A program made the translations under genes and the position numbers. The notes under the pieces are model-generated. The model did not search any database, was not told where the DNA came from, and was given only the letters and a program-made list of their open reading frames with translations. A stretch of 58,488 nt of DNA, from positions 1 to 58,488 of the forward strand of contig JBBDQO010000012.1 in assembly GCA_040905925.1 (NCBI GenBank), in the 5' to 3' direction. This document shows, one piece after another, positions 54,916 through 58,488 of this stretch. Within the stretch, counting starts at the first letter, position 1; each line of letters begins with the position of its first letter. The DNA comes from Acidimicrobiia bacterium. Its GTDB lineage: Bacteria > Actinomycetota > Acidimicrobiia > Spongiisociales > ZC4RG35.

Positions 54916-55295
54916 TCTTCGGGGACCTCCACCATCACCGTGCCTGCCATGCCATCGCCCTCGGCATCGCCATGGAAGGTGCAGAAGAAGTTGTACTCAC
55001 CCGGCTGGTCGAAATCGATGGATGCCTCGTCACCCTCGCGCAGCTCGAGACTGCCGAAAACATCCTCGCTCGACCAGGAGCCATCGGACGCAACCGCGTT
55101 GTGGGGGTTCCGCCCCGCCCCAACGAAGGTGACCGAGCCACCAGGGGGGATGTGGATCTCGTCGTATTCGTAGCGGTTGTCGAACATCCGCACCGTCACA
55201 TCCTGCCCCTCGATGACCGTCGTCGCGTCGCTTCCGCCACAGGCGACCAGGACGAGCGCGGCGAAGAGAGCCACGACCGAGCATCGACAGGTCAC
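54912..55295 (-). CDS. Cupredoxin (plastocyanin/azurin-like) lipoprotein
   Basis: FAALVLVACGG lipobox, GRNPHNAV, YNFFCTFHGDAEGDGMAGTVMV (C-x2-H-x8-M type-1 Cu ligands). The GTG at 55295 overlaps the CoxG stop (GTGA). Confidence 0.75.
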   Translation of the reverse strand: MTCRCSVVALFAALVLVACGGSDATTVIEGQDVTVRMFDNRYEYDEIHIPPGGSVTFVGAGRNPHNAVASDGSWSSEDVFGSLELREGDEASIDFDQPGEYNFFCTFHGDAEGDGMAGTVMVEVPEE

Positions 55296-55849
55296 TCGTC
55301 GCCCTTGCGGAACAGGCGTTTGAACCAACTCCACAGCGAGGCGAAGAAGAGTGACATTCCTCGCACCTCACCGGCCCGTATCGAGTCCGCCTCCTCCTCG
55401 GTGCTGGCGGCGAGCTTCGCCTCGAGACAATCGACGAACTCTCCGATGAGGCGCTTCGACATCTCGTTGATCAGGCCGGTGCGCCCGAATTGGGCGACCG
55501 GACCGGAGAGAGTCACGTCGGCGTCCACCATCACCTTGGAGCCGGTGCCCTCGGCGACGATGGTGTAGACCACCTTCACCTGGCCGCGGGAACCACCCTT
55601 CTTGTCGGTCCCCTTGCCTTCGATGGTGGCGGTCAGGGCCGCGTGATCGGGAATGACGACGCAGTTGCCCTCGAACGCGGCCGCCATCGGCCCCATCTTC
55701 ACGGAGAGATTGCCTTCGTATGAGCCGTCCTCGCCCTGACCGGTGAGATTGGCACCGGGAAGGCATTGGGCCACGTCAGGCACATCCTGGAAGAACTCCC
55801 AGACCACGTTGGTGGGACGCGCCACCACGAATTCGTGCTTGATGTTCAT
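55292..55849 (-). CDS. SRPBCC-fold CoxG-family protein with a hydrophobic/amphipathic C-terminal tail
   Basis: MNIKHEFVVARPTNVVWEFFQDVPDVAQCLPGA... is typical of CoxG. Tail: GMSLFFASLWSWFKRLFRKG. An alternative GTG at 55912 overlaps the moaB stop. Confidence 0.75.
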   Translation of the reverse strand: MNIKHEFVVARPTNVVWEFFQDVPDVAQCLPGANLTGQGEDGSYEGNLSVKMGPMAAAFEGNCVVIPDHAALTATIEGKGTDKKGGSRGQVKVVYTIVAEGTGSKVMVDADVTLSGPVAQFGRTGLINEMSKRLIGEFVDCLEAKLAASTEEEADSIRAGEVRGMSLFFASLWSWFKRLFRKGDE

Positions 55850-55908
55850 GATCTTCCCGCGAGGTGGTCGAAGAGCCCGCGAACGGTAGTGGATCGCGGA
55901 CTGGGGCG

Positions 55909-56388
55909 TCACCGGTGCTCGGTGTCGCCGGACAACAGATCGAGGGCGTGTGTGATCACCTCGAGCACCGCCTCCAGACCCTCGACTGCGCCTCTCGCCG
56001 AGCCGGGGACATTGATCACCAGTGTGTGCCCGATCGAGCCTGCCCTGGCCCGCGACAGGCCTGCCATCGGGGTCGTCTCCAGGCCATGTGACATCATCAT
56101 GTGGGTGAGGCCCGGCGCCTCCCGCTCGAGGACCCGGGCGGTGGCCTCCGGGGTCACGTCACGTGGGCCAAAGCCGGTGCCACCAGTGGTGACGATGAGA
56201 CTGGCCTCGACTGCCGAATCCTGAATGGCCGAGACAATCGCCGCGATCTCGTCGGGTACGACTGCCCTCCGCACCTCGAAACCTGCCTGGGAGAGGATGA
56301 CCTCGAGGGCCTGGCCCGACTTGTCCTCCCTGGTGCCGGAGCTGACACCGTCGCTGACGGTGATCACGTCCGCGATGCGCGCAGTCAC
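55909..56388 (-). CDS. moaB: Molybdenum cofactor biosynthesis protein B (MoaB/Mog family)
   Basis: ITVSDGVSSGTREDKSGQAL...LIVTTGGTGFGPRDVTPEA...GSIGHTLVINVPGS. The GTG at 56388 overlaps the upstream TGA (GTGA). Confidence 0.85.
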   Translation of the reverse strand: MTARIADVITVSDGVSSGTREDKSGQALEVILSQAGFEVRRAVVPDEIAAIVSAIQDSAVEASLIVTTGGTGFGPRDVTPEATARVLEREAPGLTHMMMSHGLETTPMAGLSRARAGSIGHTLVINVPGSARGAVEGLEAVLEVITHALDLLSGDTEHR

Positions 56389-57227
56389 CCCCACTTGGTT
56401 GGGTCGACCGACACCCCGCCCCGCAATACGAAGATCTCGAAGAGGAGCATGACGAACAGGGTGCCACCCATCCCCCAGGGCCACGGAGTGGTCTGCGGGT
56501 CTTCGGGGCCCTGGACGGTGGTGGTCCCGGGGGCCGCAGCCACCGTGGCCAGGAAGATGACGGCTGACAACGGCAAAGAGGGGATCACCCCGCTCCCGGC
56601 GTCGGGAGTGAAGAAGGGTATGGCGAGGAACACCGAGACCACCGCCGGCGCCAGGGCGATCCAGACTACGAATGTGAACCGCTTGCGGCCGGTGGTTATC
56701 AACCGATGATGCGGTGTGAAGGCGAGAAAAGCAGACGCCGCCGAGAGAACGATGAGGAGAAGCCCGACTCCTCCTCCGGCGGCGATGACCACATCCAGAC
56801 CCGCCGGAGCCTCGAGAGTTGCATAAGCCTTCGCCAGTTGGCCACCTGTGTCGAAGGGAAGAAGGACCGCTTGTCCGAAGGCTTGACGGAGGATGTGCAG
56901 CAACATCCAGAGCAATGCGAGTCGCGCCGTCCCGTGGCCACGAGCGGTGGGGTAGGAGAAGAGGGCGAGAAAGCCAACGATCAGGCACAGCAGGAATCCA
57001 CCTGCCCAAGCGAGATCGGTGGCTCCGGAGAGCTCCACCCGGTTGTTGTAGACCACGGCGTCGCCACCGAGGATCAAAGCGAGGATGGCGTCACCCAGGT
57101 CGTCGAGGAATTGGGCGACGACGATTCCCATCGTCGAGCCAAGGATGGACGCGACAACGAGCGGAGGGCCGATCCTCCTGATCGTCTCCGTTGTCGATGA
57201 CTCCTGAGCAGATACCCCACTCGTCAC
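56385..57227 (-). CDS. Hypothetical polytopic membrane protein
   Basis: About 7 hydrophobic segments. Start placed at GTG 57227 (alternative ATG 57131), because the upstream part of the track ORF overlaps a better small membrane ORF in another frame. Confidence 0.55.
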   Translation of the reverse strand: MTSGVSAQESSTTETIRRIGPPLVVASILGSTMGIVVAQFLDDLGDAILALILGGDAVVYNNRVELSGATDLAWAGGFLLCLIVGFLALFSYPTARGHGTARLALLWMLLHILRQAFGQAVLLPFDTGGQLAKAYATLEAPAGLDVVIAAGGGVGLLLIVLSAASAFLAFTPHHRLITTGRKRFTFVVWIALAPAVVSVFLAIPFFTPDAGSGVIPSLPLSAVIFLATVAAAPGTTTVQGPEDPQTTPWPWGMGGTLFVMLLFEIFVLRGGVSVDPTKWG

Positions 57228-57298
57228 GCAGTGTGATGCTAAACGACAGGTCCCCCGTGACCAGACCTTCCCGTTTCTCGCCCTGCCTGGTTTTCCGG

Positions 57299-57556
57299 TC
57301 AGCTTTCGGTTATCGCAACCGTTGCCAATGCCCAGAACAGGAATAACCCAATAGCCACCAGCAACACGAGGGCAGTTCGCCTCCAATTGGCCGCGGACCA
57401 CACGGCGAGCACCAGCCATATGACGCCCATGGCCACGGTCCAAGTGATCGGGACCACACCGGCAACGGCCTCGCCCACGATCAAGACCAGGACGATGAGG
57501 AGAAAACCACCGGCCACCAATGCGTAGAGCACCTGGCGTGGGGAGGGCTCGCTCAC
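57299..57556 (-). CDS. Hypothetical small membrane protein (3 TM)
   Basis: 85 aa, strongly hydrophobic. The GTG start overlaps the mug stop (GTGA). Confidence 0.5.
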   Translation of the reverse strand: MSEPSPRQVLYALVAGGFLLIVLVLIVGEAVAGVVPITWTVAMGVIWLVLAVWSAANWRRTALVLLVAIGLFLFWALATVAITES

Positions 57557-58116
57557 AGGAGGCCCGCCACCCTGCCCACCTCGCCCAACCAGCGGGCCAG
57601 GGAGTCAATGGTCTCATGGGCATTGAGACCGGACGGATTGGGAATCACCCAGATCTGAGCCCCGGAGACATCGGGCTCCTGGCGACCCAGCGAAGCATCG
57701 GGTTGGCCGAACGCGGTGCGATAGGCGGTCACACCCGCAATCGCCACCACCGTTGGGTGCAGGGTGGCGATGGTGGCCAGGAGCCGGTCACCACCATCCC
57801 GCAACTCTCCGGCGGCGATCTCAGAGGCTCGAGCGGTCGCCCTGGAGACCAGATTGGTCACGCCCATCCCCCGGGCCAGGAACTCGGCGCGTTGGGCATC
57901 GGTCATCCCGACATCGGTGTCGATGTCGAGGTCGATGAGACCCGCCCTGCGCAGCGCCGGATAGAACCGATTCGAGGGGTGACAGAAATGGGTCTGAGTG
58001 GCCGCGGTCCACAGCCCGGGGTTGATGCCCACGAAGAGGAGCCGGATATCGGGGCCGAGCAGGTCGGGAACGGTCCTCCCCTCGAAGGCCTTCAGTTGCT
58101 CCCGGGTGAATCCCAC
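57553..58116 (-). CDS. mug: G/U mismatch-specific uracil-DNA glycosylase (Mug/TDG, UDG family 2)
   Basis: LLFVGINPGLWTAATQTHFCHPSNRFYPAL and WVIPNPSGLNAH. Start at GTG 58116 (alternative TTG 58143). The upstream part of the track ORF overlaps the pirin gene. Confidence 0.8.
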   Translation of the reverse strand: MGFTREQLKAFEGRTVPDLLGPDIRLLFVGINPGLWTAATQTHFCHPSNRFYPALRRAGLIDLDIDTDVGMTDAQRAEFLARGMGVTNLVSRATARASEIAAGELRDGGDRLLATIATLHPTVVAIAGVTAYRTAFGQPDASLGRQEPDVSGAQIWVIPNPSGLNAHETIDSLARWLGEVGRVAGLL

Positions 58117-58129
58117 AGTCGGTTGGTGC

Positions 58130-58488
58130 TCAGCCAGCCGCAAGCCAATGCGGCACAGGGGCGTCGATCCGGGAGAGCCTGGAAGGCACCGGGCCGAACC
58201 AGTCCTCGTCGTGAGCCTGCCACGCCCGCCAAGCTGCGGTGATCTCCTCCTTGGATCGCGCCACGAAGTTCCACCACATCTCGATCGGCTCCCCCAGGGG
58301 CTGGCCGCCGAGGAGCAGAAAGCGCCCAGCCTCACCTGCAATCTCCACCGGCACCACCTCTGCACCGGGTGGCACCAGGGCCAGCCATCCCGGCTCGACG
58401 ATGTCGTCAGCCACCTTGAGCCGGCGGTCGATCGGGACCACCGCATACTCGAAATCGGGCTGGGCCGGGATCTCGAGACGACCCGGCC
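58130..58488 (-). CDS. Pirin-family protein, C-terminal part (5' end outside the window)
   Basis: The frame stays open to the window edge: ...PGRLEIPAQPDFEYAVVPIDRRLKVADDIV...FLLLGGQPLGEPIEMWWNFVARSKEEI... Confidence 0.7.
   Translation of the reverse strand, partial: PGRLEIPAQPDFEYAVVPIDRRLKVADDIVEPGWLALVPPGAEVVPVEIAGEAGRFLLLGGQPLGEPIEMWWNFVARSKEEITAAWRAWQAHDEDWFGPVPSRLSRIDAPVPHWLAAG

Noticed and set aside
1-58488. Search for tRNA, rRNA, tmRNA, RNase P, CRISPR arrays, transposase/integrase genes and prophage-like blocks
   Set aside because: Apart from the two regions reported, the 230-nt gdh-adnA spacer (also reported) and the 196-nt gap at 17515-17710, intergenic gaps are short (under about 130 nt). 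None showed cloverleaf-like or array-like periodic structure by eye, and no recombinase-like ORF was seen. A proper tRNAscan, Infernal or CRISPR scan was not possible here.

Overview
High-G+C actinobacterial-type chromosomal segment, possibly Acidimicrobiia-like (inference from gene order and start-codon usage, not testable here). It is densely coding, with many GTG/TTG starts and 4-nt ATGA/GTGA stop-start overlaps. From 2.3 to 15.8 kb it carries a conserved housekeeping block on the minus strand (cdd, ftsY, smc, acyP, mutM, rnc, plsX, rpmF, DUF177, coaD, rsmD, recG), followed by rpmB on the plus strand. The rest is mixed core and accessory: two ABC-2 exporters, ddl with a membrane-anchored MurF-like ligase, an orphan GAF histidine kinase, fabI, and an acyl-CoA ligase operon with two PH/SHOCT membrane paralogs. 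It also holds a SAM methyltransferase, a frameshifted gdh, adnAB plus a third Cas4-like nuclease, and plsY/dtd/plsB. Further on come a B12/radical-SAM protein with a CCAEP tail, aceE, a JAMM protein, a KhtTU-like antiporter, a copper-protein cluster, moaB, mug and a partial pirin. I found no rRNA, tRNA, CRISPR array or transposase by eye. rpmF (58 aa) and the EtfA C-terminus are absent from the ORF track and were read directly from the sequence. The signal least explained by coding features is a pair of paralogous long non-coding regions (about 28024-28463 and 29208-29470). They share a promoter-like architecture, upstream CGCGAAAA direct repeats, several UUCG-capped hairpins and a near-identical 40-nt hairpin. 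The only two substitutions in that hairpin preserve base pairing on the minus-strand RNA only. I interpret these regions as two copies of a candidate cis-regulatory leader RNA in front of the methyltransferase and the PH/SHOCT-acyl-CoA ligase operon. All family calls rest on motif recognition by eye; no database search was possible.
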